A DNA stretch of 63,305 bases, from contig JAYNZN010000002.1 of the NCBI GenBank assembly GCA_038103695.1, positions 2,385 to 65,689 on the forward strand. Reading direction: 5' to 3'. The notes under the pieces are model-generated. The model saw only the letters and a program-made list of their open reading frames with translations, was not told where the DNA came from and did not search any database. The position numbers and the translations under genes were made by a program. How positions within the stretch are numbered: position 1 is the stretch's first letter; the number at the start of each line of letters is the position of its first letter. Of the stretch, positions 8,329 to 18,259 are shown piece after piece. The DNA is from Opitutales bacterium. Lineage in GTDB: Bacteria; Verrucomicrobiota; Verrucomicrobiia; Opitutales; Seribacteraceae.

Positions 8329-8360
8329 ATTGATACTGAGTCTCAATATCAATTATAGCA
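8329..8360 (-). promoter_or_regulatory. Extended -10 promoter (TGCTATAAT) overlapped by a 25-bp Fur-box-like palindrome
   Basis: ATTGATACTGAG-T-CTCAATATCAAT at 8329-8353 (arms 11/12 complementary); minus-strand TATAAT at 8357-8352 preceded by TGC. Confidence 0.75.
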
Positions 8361-8393
8361 AAATGGAGCAAGACAAAGAGGGGCGGGCATCCC

Positions 8394-9692
8394 TTACTCC
8401 TGGTTTATTTCCAGGGCCTGATAAATTCGGGCAAGACTGAGAGCAGTCGGAGAGCCTTGTTTTTTTCTCCAGTTGTGTGCATTCGCAGAAAGTTTTTCCC
8501 GTTTAGAAATACTTGTGGCTAACTCCACGAGTTTTCCCACGCCCTCATCAAGGCTCGATGTTTCAGCTAAGGCTTCATCAACAAGGAGATCATGACAAGT
8601 TTCCTGAAAATTTTGGTAATTGGGACCAATCACCAAGGGCAAGCCAATCGATATCGGTTCAATCGGGTTTTGGCCACCTCGGTTGGGGGGAAGGGTTTTC
8701 CCCATCCATCCGATATCCGCTGAATGAATGAGCTGTGCTAATTCCCCCGTTGTATCAGCGAGATAAACAACGGTGCCGGGAGGTGCTTGCTTACGATGGC
8801 TTCTAAGGTGAAAAGGGAGTCCGGATTTTTCAAGTATTTTGGTGATCTCACTGCGTCTTTCAGCATGGCGCGGGACGAGGAGCAGGCGGGCGTCGAATCC
8901 AGCATTTCCTAATTTAAGCACAGTTTCAACCAGTAAGGACTCCTCTCCGGGCCAGGTGGAAATTCCAGCCAATACAAGGCTCTCGGAGAGAAAGCCAAAT
9001 TCATGCTTAAGAGCAATCTTTTGGTCCGGACATACTTTTTGATAGAGAGCAGAATCCACCTTGAGGTTACCGGTGATATGGAGGTGATTTTCATTTATTC
9101 CCAGTTCGAGCCATCTTGCTTTTTGCCGCTCCGATGTGGTGAGGATTTCCAGTCCTTTGGGTAAAAGGAAGTTTCGTGCAATTTTTGATTGGGAAAGGCG
9201 GGAGTAGGTACGATCTGACAATCGTGCGTTAAGAATATAAACCGGGACTCCCCGAAGGCGTCCTTGTTCAAAATGCTCGGGCCAAAGTTCACTGTCTATA
9301 CTGATAACGAGATCTGGGGCGATTTTATTCCATGCCAGGCAGCTGATAGGCCACCAGTCCAAAGGAAAAGGACCAATGGCCAATGAACTGTCACCAAAAA
9401 CCTTTTCTGCATAAGCTAAACCGGTGCTGGTTGTGGAACTAATCACAATTTCTATGTTTTGGGACTGCGAAAGGGAAGTGACTAGTTTTTGGATAGATGA
9501 CAGTTCGCCAACACTGACTGCTTGAATCCAGATTCGCTTGGTATCTTTTTCTTTTTGGGGAAGATTGGGCCAAAATCCAAGCCGATAGAAAAAGTGGTGT
9601 CCATACCCCCCTCGTCTAAGCATTCTTCTTAGGTAGTAGGGCCAAAGAAGGAGGGCCAAAACAGGAAATAATAATCTGTACGCTAAGATCAT
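8394..9692 (-). CDS. waaA: 3-deoxy-D-manno-octulosonic acid (Kdo) transferase
   Basis: IWIQAVSVGE, SELWP, NARLS, LLVPRHAER, DTTGEL, GGQNPIEP. Confidence 0.93.
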   Translation of the reverse strand: MILAYRLLFPVLALLLWPYYLRRMLRRGGYGHHFFYRLGFWPNLPQKEKDTKRIWIQAVSVGELSSIQKLVTSLSQSQNIEIVISSTTSTGLAYAEKVFGDSSLAIGPFPLDWWPISCLAWNKIAPDLVISIDSELWPEHFEQGRLRGVPVYILNARLSDRTYSRLSQSKIARNFLLPKGLEILTTSERQKARWLELGINENHLHITGNLKVDSALYQKVCPDQKIALKHEFGFLSESLVLAGISTWPGEESLLVETVLKLGNAGFDARLLLVPRHAERRSEITKILEKSGLPFHLRSHRKQAPPGTVVYLADTTGELAQLIHSADIGWMGKTLPPNRGGQNPIEPISIGLPLVIGPNYQNFQETCHDLLVDEALAETSSLDEGVGKLVELATSISKREKLSANAHNWRKKQGSPTALSLARIYQALEINQE

Positions 9693-9759
9693 ACTGGGGT
9701 AGCCCCCGTTTTCCGTTGCCAGAAAGGATAGTATTGGAAATGATTCAAGAACCTTTTTT

Positions 9760-10572
9760 ATGGAGACTTCTTCACGAATCGCGAAACTTTTCTCCGATCG
9801 CAGGGCAAACGGATGTTCGAGCTTTATTGCTTATGTTTGTGCTTGTGATCCGGACTTTGATACATCTTTAACTATCTGCCGTACCCTTATCGAAGAGGGG
9901 GTCGATTTGCTTGAGCTTGGGGTGCCTTTTTCTGATCCCCTTGCAGACGGGCTCACCAACCAGCTTGCCGCCCAGCGTGCATTGGAGGCTGGGTGTAAAC
10001 AGGAGGATGTTTTTAAGCTGGTTAGGGAAATTCGAAAATTTTCGGATGTGCCCATTGTTTTTTACACCTATTTCAATTTAATTTTTTCCCAGGGTATCGA
10101 AGAGTATGTGCAGCGATCGAAAGAGGCTGGAGTGGATGGACTCCTTACATTGGACTTACCACCTGAAGAGGCTGAGGAATTAATTCGTGAGTGCAGAAAC
10201 CAAGAATTAGATAATGTTTTTATCATCGCCCCGACGACCCCTAAGGAAAGAATTGCCAAGATTTGCTCGGTGGGATCGGGTTTCTTTTATTATGTATCCC
10301 GGGAAGGAGTAACTGGAGAGCGAGAAGATTTGGCAACTGACCTAGAGCAGAGAGTGGCCACCATCCGTTCTTACACCGATCTGCCGGTCGTGGTTGGCTT
10401 TGGAATTTCCACGGCTCAGCAAGTTGAGGAAGTTTCCAAAATTGCAGATGGAGTGGTTGTAGGCAGTGCGTTGGTGAATTGTATTTCGCAAAATATTGGA
10501 GATCGCGAAAAAATCATTTCTACACTTGCTCAAAAAACGAAGGCACTGACAGCAGCCTTGGTTTCAAAATAA
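9760..10572 (+). CDS. trpA: Tryptophan synthase alpha chain
   Basis: LELGVPFSDPLADG, DLPPEE, YVSREGVTG, VGFGIS, ADGVVVGSA. Confidence 0.97.
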   Translation: METSSRIAKLFSDRRANGCSSFIAYVCACDPDFDTSLTICRTLIEEGVDLLELGVPFSDPLADGLTNQLAAQRALEAGCKQEDVFKLVREIRKFSDVPIVFYTYFNLIFSQGIEEYVQRSKEAGVDGLLTLDLPPEEAEELIRECRNQELDNVFIIAPTTPKERIAKICSVGSGFFYYVSREGVTGEREDLATDLEQRVATIRSYTDLPVVVGFGISTAQQVEEVSKIADGVVVGSALVNCISQNIGDREKIISTLAQKTKALTAALVSK

Positions 10573-10582
10573 CCCGATCAGC

Positions 10583-11533
10583 TTGGATGTTGTGAGTGCT
10601 TCAGTTAATGAACTGCGGCTCTTGGGAGGGATTACAGCGGCGGGCAAAACAGATTGGGCCATTGCCTGGGCAAAAGCAAATGATGCCAGCATACTTTCCT
10701 GTGATTCGGTCGCATGCTACAAGGGGTTGGATATTGGCTCTGCTAAACCGGGTAAAAAAGAACGCAGTGAAGTGACGCATCATGGTATTGATTTAGCTGA
10801 AGTTCATGAAGTCTTTGGAGTGGGGGATTATCATGATTATGCAGGTAGGGTACTAATGCAGGCATTTCAGGAAAAAAAGTCTTACCTGGTCGTGGGTGGG
10901 AGTGGTTTTTTTATGGAGGGGTTTTTAAGACCGGTCGTAGACGGGATGGAAATTTCCCAATCTGTACGAACTCAGGTTGATGACTGGTACGAGGAAGAAG
11001 GGCTAGAAGGTTGTTTGGCCCGCTTGGAAAGCATGAATCCATCTGGGATGGCTTTTCTAGACAAAAAAAACCAAGCCAGGGTACGACGAGCACTGGAAAG
11101 GTGTATGCAGTCTGGCAAAGAGTTGATTGAAATAAAAAGAGAGTTCGATGCCTTACCCACACCGTACAGTGCATTTTACAAAAGTATGATTTGGCTAGAT
11201 CGTGAGAATGACGATCTGGAATCGAGAATAGAAAAAAGAACAGAAACGATGCTTAGTGCGGGAATGATTGAGGAAACCCAAAAAGCTCTGAGCAATGGAA
11301 TGGGTAAGCACCCGAGTCTTTCCAATGCAGTAGGATACCGGGAAGTTCGATTATTTTTGGAAGGGCATTTATGCCGTACTGAATTAAGTGCCGCAATCTC
11401 AGGAGCTACCAGGAAACTGGTCAGCAAGCAGAGGAAATGGTTCAGGAATCGTTTTCCGGCTGAGTCAAGGTATATTCTCAAAGCTGGGCAAATTCCGTCT
11501 CCAGAGGAATTGCAATGGATTGCCAGTACTTGA
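10583..11533 (+). CDS. miaA: tRNA dimethylallyltransferase
   Basis: GITAAGKT P-loop, SCDS..YKGLDIGSAKP, VGGSG, VGYRE, KQRKWF. Confidence 0.92.
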   Translation: MDVVSASVNELRLLGGITAAGKTDWAIAWAKANDASILSCDSVACYKGLDIGSAKPGKKERSEVTHHGIDLAEVHEVFGVGDYHDYAGRVLMQAFQEKKSYLVVGGSGFFMEGFLRPVVDGMEISQSVRTQVDDWYEEEGLEGCLARLESMNPSGMAFLDKKNQARVRRALERCMQSGKELIEIKREFDALPTPYSAFYKSMIWLDRENDDLESRIEKRTETMLSAGMIEETQKALSNGMGKHPSLSNAVGYREVRLFLEGHLCRTELSAAISGATRKLVSKQRKWFRNRFPAESRYILKAGQIPSPEELQWIAST

Positions 11534-11557
11534 CCGATTCGATAACTCGCATTACCT

Positions 11558-12400
11558 TTGGAAAGTGCCCATGAAGTAGTCATGAACCCTTTACGACTTG
11601 TAACCATAGTAAACAATCTTTCCAAGCCTGGGACGAAAGTTGTGGGAAAGAAATTGGAGGAAATTTGCAAAAATTCTGGTGTAGATGTGCGTTCTACTGA
11701 TGAGTTTCCATGCCCAGATGGTTTTTTAGCCGGATCGGATGTGTGTTTTTCCGTGGGGGGGGATGGCACCTTACTTCATCTTCTTAACGACGCAGTAAAA
11801 CACAAGGTACCCGTGGCTGGAGTTGGGCTTGGAAAGCTTGGGTTTTTAGCGACGATTTCACCTGATCAATTAGAGGAAGCGGTGCCACCCATGCTGGATG
11901 GTCAATTTCAAGTCAGAAAAAGGAGCCTGCTAGGTTATTCAGGGATGGGTGGAGAAGAGTTGCTGGCCCTTAACGATCTTGTCATTAAGAGTGGTTCGAA
12001 TGGTCGGTTAGGTCGGTTTTCTATTTATGCTGGGGATGACCTTGTGGCAGAATATGCATGCGATGGGATCGTATTTTCCACTCCCACAGGATCGACGGCT
12101 TATAATTTAGCTTCCGGCGGTCCGATTGCCCATCCAGATGCAAGGGTAATGCTGATGACTCCTATAAGTGCCCATACCCTTACCAGTCGCCCAGTAGTTT
12201 TTCCTGAAGGGATGAAGATAAGAGTGGAAAGCGAGGGTAAACAACCAGAGCCCTTGGTCTTTGCGGATGGTCGAGAAGCCTTTATTTCAAAGACAAATTT
12301 CCCGATCGAGGTATCCACTGCAGATCGTGCTTTTCCGTTGCTGGAATTAAATAAGCATTCTCATTTTCGAGTGATGCGTAATAAATTGAAATGGGGATGA
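11558..12400 (+). CDS. nadK: NAD(+) kinase
   Basis: GGDGT, GKLGFLA, LND, DGIVFSTPTGSTAYNLASGGP. Confidence 0.95.
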   Translation: MESAHEVVMNPLRLVTIVNNLSKPGTKVVGKKLEEICKNSGVDVRSTDEFPCPDGFLAGSDVCFSVGGDGTLLHLLNDAVKHKVPVAGVGLGKLGFLATISPDQLEEAVPPMLDGQFQVRKRSLLGYSGMGGEELLALNDLVIKSGSNGRLGRFSIYAGDDLVAEYACDGIVFSTPTGSTAYNLASGGPIAHPDARVMLMTPISAHTLTSRPVVFPEGMKIRVESEGKQPEPLVFADGREAFISKTNFPIEVSTADRAFPLLELNKHSHFRVMRNKLKWG

Positions 12401-12434
12401 GGGCTCAACCTTATCTTTGCTGATTTTCTGAGCT

Positions 12435-14060
12435 GTGCTCTCCGAAGGTACCCGTATTGGTCCATTTAGGATTCGTAAGTGGATACATGAAGGTGGATGT
12501 GGGCAGAGCTACGAAGGGGAGCAAAGAGAGGGCAGTGAAAAAGGAAAAAGTCGATACCTTAAGCTTTTACCCAGGGAGCTTTCTGAGAAAGAGGGTTTTT
12601 CGGAGTTTTTCTCTCAGGAATGCCGGGCACTTGAGCAATTACAAGGGCCAGGCATCTGGGAATTAAAAGAATTTGGAGTGATGAAGTGGAAGCATTGGCT
12701 TTCATATTCCTGGTTTCCAGGCGAAGCCCGCGAACTTCCCGTTGAAAATGAAGATAGTTCTTCTGGACATATTGATATACGGACATTGAAGGATTGGATT
12801 GAAACATCTCCTAGGTCGATTGGGCCAGGGGAGCTTCTTTCTATTATGACTGATCTGCATCGAGGTTTGGATAGAGCCCATAAGTATGGAGTGATTCATG
12901 GTAACCTGAAGCCATCTAATGTTTTAGCCCAAAAGAACGAGAATGGTTACCAGGCATGGTTATCCGAGTTGGGCTTGTATAAATTATTTAATTTTAAGAC
13001 TTTGGGAGAGGGAGGAACTGAAGTTGGAATGGTTTCCACTCCAAGTATGCAGGCACAAGAATCGAGAGTAGAGAGTGATCGTTTTCGCCCCAAAGAGAGC
13101 GGCAGGGATGACGAACTTGAAGAGACTTGGGATCTGCATGCTTTGGGATCTATTGTTCATTGGGTGATTGAGCACAGTACCCGACATTCTGATGAATGGA
13201 TAGATTGGTTGAAGTGGGCTGGCAGATCTGTCAATTTTGGGTTTCCGACCGCGGCTCTTTCCATGGAGGCTATGCCAGGAATGGAAGATACAGCGCAATA
13301 TGGGGTCAAGGTGGACCATAGAGTGGAAGATCGTGGACCTTCGGCTGAGGAAATTAAGCGCAAGCGTGAATTAGCTTGGGAGAAGCAACAAATTACAGCC
13401 TCTCTAAAATTTAAGCGAGGCATGACAGGTCTGGCTGGTTTGGCGTGCCTTGCTTCCTATATTTGTTCGTCCATTTACCTTCTTTTTTTCCCGGCACCCT
13501 GGACAGAATATTCACTGGAAGGTGCTCTTGATCGCTACCAGTTTGGCCTTGGTATATGGTCTGGGCAGGCTTGGGGAATCGTGCCAGGGGCTTATGATGA
13601 CGATGGTTTGGGTGGCCAGGATGTTGTAGGGGAGTGGGAGCGTGAGAATGGTATTTTTGTACTTAAATTTAGACGTTTTCGAAAATTAGATGAAGAAGAA
13701 TCGGGGAAAAAGCTCTGGCAATTTATAGGAAAGGGAGCCACTTCCGATGATGATTATCACTCATGGCAGGACGAATTAAGTTTTGATCCTTCCACTGATA
13801 CCCTTGCCTTGCTCAAAAGAACGGATGTACATGAGGTTTATGTTCCTGGAAAGCGTGGGGATGAATCACCGAGACTATTTGCTGAAATCAGGCTGCGCAG
13901 ATCTTCTGGAAAAATTGCTCCAGCTGAATTAATTTTTTCTCGGTCAGATAAGCCGGGTCCCTCGTGGTCACTCTTTTTCGCGTTAGGATTTCTTTTGGCA
14001 TGGTGGTTGTACCAGCGTCAACTTTTGAGGTTAGCGAGGGAAGAAGAAACAGGTAAGTAA
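12435..14060 (+). CDS. Membrane-anchored Hanks-type kinase-like protein, probably a pseudokinase, with two TM helices
   Basis: GPFRI..IHEGGCGQSY, YLKLL, HGNLKPSNVL, SELG, WDLHALG; TM segments near residues 330-352 and 511-527. Confidence 0.75.
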   Translation: MLSEGTRIGPFRIRKWIHEGGCGQSYEGEQREGSEKGKSRYLKLLPRELSEKEGFSEFFSQECRALEQLQGPGIWELKEFGVMKWKHWLSYSWFPGEARELPVENEDSSSGHIDIRTLKDWIETSPRSIGPGELLSIMTDLHRGLDRAHKYGVIHGNLKPSNVLAQKNENGYQAWLSELGLYKLFNFKTLGEGGTEVGMVSTPSMQAQESRVESDRFRPKESGRDDELEETWDLHALGSIVHWVIEHSTRHSDEWIDWLKWAGRSVNFGFPTAALSMEAMPGMEDTAQYGVKVDHRVEDRGPSAEEIKRKRELAWEKQQITASLKFKRGMTGLAGLACLASYICSSIYLLFFPAPWTEYSLEGALDRYQFGLGIWSGQAWGIVPGAYDDDGLGGQDVVGEWERENGIFVLKFRRFRKLDEEESGKKLWQFIGKGATSDDDYHSWQDELSFDPSTDTLALLKRTDVHEVYVPGKRGDESPRLFAEIRLRRSSGKIAPAELIFSRSDKPGPSWSLFFALGFLLAWWLYQRQLLRLAREEETGK

Positions 14061-14097
14061 TTGAATTTTCTCTCTCTTTATCCCAAGATATTGAGAA

Positions 14098-14874
14098 ATG
14101 TCCTCAAATTTGTACAAATCTCTCCAACGGCACCTCTTATCTAGCTGCTTTGTCTGGGTGCTTTTATTTGTATCCTGTGGACAGCAAAATCCTTCCGGTC
14201 GTTACACTGGAAAGATGGAGGACTGGGTGCATGAAGTATTCGATGGTGTCCTCATTGCAGAGGGCAAAGAGTGTGAGATTTCTTTGGAACTTAGTCAGGC
14301 ACCGAATCAATTGCGGGCAACTCTTATCTTTAGACATCCTGATCTTGCGGAGACTCGTAGGGAAGGACTATGGTCCATCGGAGACGGTGAAAGAGTGCTT
14401 CTTTTTGATGATGGGAAAAAGCCAGGCGAGTATTTTTTGATCAAACGCGGTTTGCGCTATGCATTCCAGACAAAACAAGGTTTAAGCAATGACGATGGAT
14501 CGCCTGTTCTTCTTATGCGTAATGAAGGTAGATCCCGAAAATCAGCCTATCCCTTGGAAATTCTGTTTGGTTCCAAAGGGGGAGTCCATGTGAGCGGAAT
14601 GGGTAGTTTGGGTAAACGTTCTGGGGAATGGAAATGGTCGGGTGAACGAATTGTCGTTCAGGTGAAATTGCCAGATGGCGAGAGCCCTTCTGGAGAAAGT
14701 ATTCCTGCTGAGACTTATAAATATTTTCTCAGTTGGTCAGATACCCATCCCCAAGAATTGGAGTTGGAAAAACTCGTGGTGCTTAGGCCTTTCCTGAAAA
14801 AGGATGGAAGCAAAAGGCAAAGTTGGATGAGTTCTCTTTTATTTTCTGATACCCCGCGGCTTAAACCTAATTAA
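14098..14874 (+). CDS. Putative lipoprotein with two small beta-barrel (NlpE-N/lipocalin-like) repeats
   Basis: LLFVSC lipobox; GRYTG; two GxW motifs (REGLWSIG and RSGEWKWSG). Confidence 0.55.
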   Translation: MSSNLYKSLQRHLLSSCFVWVLLFVSCGQQNPSGRYTGKMEDWVHEVFDGVLIAEGKECEISLELSQAPNQLRATLIFRHPDLAETRREGLWSIGDGERVLLFDDGKKPGEYFLIKRGLRYAFQTKQGLSNDDGSPVLLMRNEGRSRKSAYPLEILFGSKGGVHVSGMGSLGKRSGEWKWSGERIVVQVKLPDGESPSGESIPAETYKYFLSWSDTHPQELELEKLVVLRPFLKKDGSKRQSWMSSLLFSDTPRLKPN

Positions 14875-14957
14875 AGACTGAGGTGCTTGCCCCCTTCATT
14901 GGTTTGACGTCTTCAGTGCCGTCTTCATCATAGATACCTTTTTATTCTTTAAAACCT

Positions 14958-17390
14958 ATGATCACTTCATTGCAGAACTTTATTTCATCTAAAGGGAAGT
15001 TTGTTTTCGTCCTTCTCTTGTTTTTGGTAGTTGTATCTTTTGTTCTCTACCTCTCTCAGGGTTCTTCTGTATTCGATCTTTTACCTGATCCTAATCGTGA
15101 AACCCAGGAATTTTATGGGCATGATTGGAAAGACCCTGACCAAAGAAGACTGTTAAACATTGCTAGCCGAGTCTCTGCTGATTTTGGATCCGTGGTTTCT
15201 CCGGGTGGGGAGATCTTACAGACAGCACAGGAAGAATACATGCAATCATTGCAAAGAAGAATGCAGGCTGCCTTTCAGGCGAATCCTGATGAGGTGGACC
15301 AAGAGGGTTTGCAGCAAATGTTTTCCTACATGCAGGCCTGGCCTAATTTTCCTGACGATATGAAGGCCCGAGAAATTGCCAGGTCAGGAAACTATGACCA
15401 ATCTTTTTTACAATCAATGGTTGAGTTCAAGGTAGCCTTAGGTGGGCAGGCAAATAGTTGGGACTTTATGCCATTGAATCTTAATCATCCCGCGATCAAT
15501 GCTAGATTTGCAGAGTATTTGCAAAACTTGGCTCCAGGGATGAATCAAGAAGAGAATCGCTCACATGCACTGACTTTTGTTGGGGGCAGGTATGGGGTTT
15601 CCAGTCGTGATGTAGAGTCTATACTCTACGATTCATTTCGTACCCGTCAGGTGGAAAGAATCTACCTTGATGGTGGATTCGCTTTGGAAGAGGAAGCACG
15701 ATTGGATTTGCATTCTGGCCAATTTGCCTGGGATGGAGAAGTTGCTGAATTATATGCATCCGACTTAACTTTTGATCAGCCTGCATGGCGATTGATTACT
15801 TTTAAGTCTTTGCCGATGGTTCAGGATTCATTGGCACTTAAATCTGGTTCCCAAAATATTAAATTTGTTTTTGGTGAGAAGAGTCAGGATAAAAACGAAA
15901 CGACCCGTCATGTTCGAATAGGCAAGAACCTTTCCCAGTTTCGCAATAATCTGATCGCTGCTTTTCAAAAGGAAGATTGTGGCTTTGACCTTAAACCCGT
16001 AGGCAAAAATGGGATAGCCCTACTTCCTCAGGCTAATCGCTTGCCAAGAAACACTCCTGAGTTATCGGTGAGATCCAAGCATATAGATATGGATACGAGC
16101 ATTGATAAAAAGCTTCGAGAATTCCATAGTAAGAGGGTGGATGAGGCACCCTTTGCAGAAGCACCCCGGACTTTTGCCACTGCAACTTTATTCAGCTCCA
16201 GCAATTATTTTATCGAACCTCCGGTTCCTGATGAGGCTAGGTTACGTGCCTATTATGAACGAAATCAGTTGGATTTTATCAAATCCACCGCCTTGTCCAA
16301 TGGAAATGATCAAAATGCAAGTTCCGATCAAAATGTCACCTCATACAAATCTTTTGAGGAAGTAAAAGACGAGATACTTGAGAAAGTGATAAGCCAAGAT
16401 AGGGAAGATGCCCGAAAAGACTCTGACCTTCAGGCAAGAGATGCTGCTCTTTCCTTTTTGGATCAGCTCAATGGCTTGCGGGACAAAGCCCGTACTCAGT
16501 TCTCCAATTATTTAGAATTTAGAAATTCTGATGAACTTGCCGCACTGATCGAGCAGGCAGGAGCCCGACCCCAAAAAATTTCATTTTCCAACCTGGAAAT
16601 GGGGACGCAGGCGATGATCCTAGGATTAGAAAGAAGGGAAAGTGAAAGACAGTCCAATCGCGAACCGCTTGAGGAGGTTGCAAGCTTAAATGAACGCATG
16701 TTCTTTACCCGTTCCGTAAGAAAGGCAAGGCAAGGATATGTCGTTTTTATCTTGGATCGTAAGACACCTCAGCAACCTGGTTCTTTTGAGCGGGCAAGTT
16801 TTGCAGATTTGTACAGAGGTTACACGGCAGAATTTGCCTCAAATTATTTTTCAGAACAAATTGAGGCTGCTTTTTCTGCAATTCAAACCGACAAATCGAA
16901 AGCGAAAAGCCTACCTTCTCTCCAATATTATGCGGTTTCAGCCAAAAGCTCAGGAATGGCTCGTTCCACTTTTGATGCCGAGGCAAGGTCGATTCGTAAT
17001 CGAATTCAAGAATTGGAAGAGAAGAAGAATGCTATTTCTGTAAAAGATAGCAACTCGTCGAAGGATAAGTCGATTGTGGATGGTTTGGACAAAAGATTGT
17101 CGGGTTTACGCACGAGACTCGAAGACCACAACAAAGAAAGAACCGCAATACTACGACTGCTTGATACGGCTCACACATTACAAGTAAATGGAACTTGGCA
17201 GGAATTAGAAAGAAATGAAGATCGTGCTGTATTTGCGAAATTGTCCCAGGTTTATTCGCTCAGAGGGAAGGAAGCCAAAGCCGAAGCGGTCACCCAAAGA
17301 AGAAAGGTCCTAGAAGCGAACCGTGGTCAAGATGCCCGCGATTCAATTCTCCAAGACTTGATTGTTTCCAGCCTGGGCACAGATCGCTAA
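14958..17390 (+). CDS. PpiD/SurA-N-like membrane-anchored periplasmic chaperone
   Basis: MITSLQNF..KFVFVLLLFLVVVSFV N-terminal anchor; DEARLRAYYERNQ and KSFEEVKDEI segments typical of PpiD-like proteins. Confidence 0.6.
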   Translation: MITSLQNFISSKGKFVFVLLLFLVVVSFVLYLSQGSSVFDLLPDPNRETQEFYGHDWKDPDQRRLLNIASRVSADFGSVVSPGGEILQTAQEEYMQSLQRRMQAAFQANPDEVDQEGLQQMFSYMQAWPNFPDDMKAREIARSGNYDQSFLQSMVEFKVALGGQANSWDFMPLNLNHPAINARFAEYLQNLAPGMNQEENRSHALTFVGGRYGVSSRDVESILYDSFRTRQVERIYLDGGFALEEEARLDLHSGQFAWDGEVAELYASDLTFDQPAWRLITFKSLPMVQDSLALKSGSQNIKFVFGEKSQDKNETTRHVRIGKNLSQFRNNLIAAFQKEDCGFDLKPVGKNGIALLPQANRLPRNTPELSVRSKHIDMDTSIDKKLREFHSKRVDEAPFAEAPRTFATATLFSSSNYFIEPPVPDEARLRAYYERNQLDFIKSTALSNGNDQNASSDQNVTSYKSFEEVKDEILEKVISQDREDARKDSDLQARDAALSFLDQLNGLRDKARTQFSNYLEFRNSDELAALIEQAGARPQKISFSNLEMGTQAMILGLERRESERQSNREPLEEVASLNERMFFTRSVRKARQGYVVFILDRKTPQQPGSFERASFADLYRGYTAEFASNYFSEQIEAAFSAIQTDKSKAKSLPSLQYYAVSAKSSGMARSTFDAEARSIRNRIQELEEKKNAISVKDSNSSKDKSIVDGLDKRLSGLRTRLEDHNKERTAILRLLDTAHTLQVNGTWQELERNEDRAVFAKLSQVYSLRGKEAKAEAVTQRRKVLEANRGQDARDSILQDLIVSSLGTDR

Positions 17391-17413
17391 TTTCATAAGC
17401 TCCAAGTCTGCAT

Positions 17414-18172
17414 TTATTTCCCTGGTTCACTTTTCTTCCAACCTAGAAAGTATTCGAGGTTTCCATCTGTCCCCTGAGGTTTTGCTTGGGACTGGGCAAT
17501 TAAGTGAGAAAATTTCAGCTTATCTTTAGCGAAGGTTATAACTTCTCTAATCACTCTCTGGTGGATGGTATGATCCCTTATGATTCCCTTCCCCTTGTCT
17601 GCCTCTTCTTTTAAGCACTCAAACTGGGGCTTGACCAAAGCCGCTAATTTTCCTTCTGGAGATAAAAATTTCCAAGCCTGCTCAAGCACTTTAAGCAGAG
17701 AAATAAAGGAGAGATCCATAACAACCAAGGGGTAGTGCTTTCTGGGAAGGATTTCTGCATCCAAATCCCTTAGGTTTGTTTTTTCAAAGTTTGTTACCCT
17801 TGGGTCGGTTCTTAATTTATAATGAAGTTGTCCATGGCCCACATCGATACAGGTTGCTTCAGTTGCACCTTTTTGAAGAAGGCAGTCTGTGAATCCACCT
17901 GTGGAGGCACCTAAATCCAAAAAGGACAGGCCAGTTACATCCCAACCATTTTCTTTGATAAAATTTTCCATCTTTAAGCCGCCTCTTCCCACATAGGGCA
18001 TGGGCTTTTCCACAATTAAAATAGCCTCTGATGCAATCAGTCTGCTTGATTTATCAATACGCTCTGTGCCAAGCTTAACTTTCCCGGCCATAATAAGGGC
18101 TTGTGCCCGTGTCCTGCTTTCACAGGCACCGTTTTGAACGAGCCATTCATCCGCTCTGACTTTCTTTTTCAT
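17414..18172 (-). CDS. tlyA: TlyA-family rRNA 2'-O-methyltransferase
   Basis: RAD..SRTRAQALIMAG, YVGRGGLK, DLGASTGGFTDCLLQ, DLSFISL, LVKPQFE, GNLEY. Confidence 0.93.
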   Translation of the reverse strand: MKKKVRADEWLVQNGACESRTRAQALIMAGKVKLGTERIDKSSRLIASEAILIVEKPMPYVGRGGLKMENFIKENGWDVTGLSFLDLGASTGGFTDCLLQKGATEATCIDVGHGQLHYKLRTDPRVTNFEKTNLRDLDAEILPRKHYPLVVMDLSFISLLKVLEQAWKFLSPEGKLAALVKPQFECLKEEADKGKGIIRDHTIHQRVIREVITFAKDKLKFSHLIAQSQAKPQGTDGNLEYFLGWKKSEPGK

Positions 18173-18259
18173 CTTGCTTGAGAATGGGATTGAGTGGGGC
18201 AGATGGGCAACGATTGAATTAAAAAACTTCAAAATTTACTAAACTTTTACGAATTCTCC

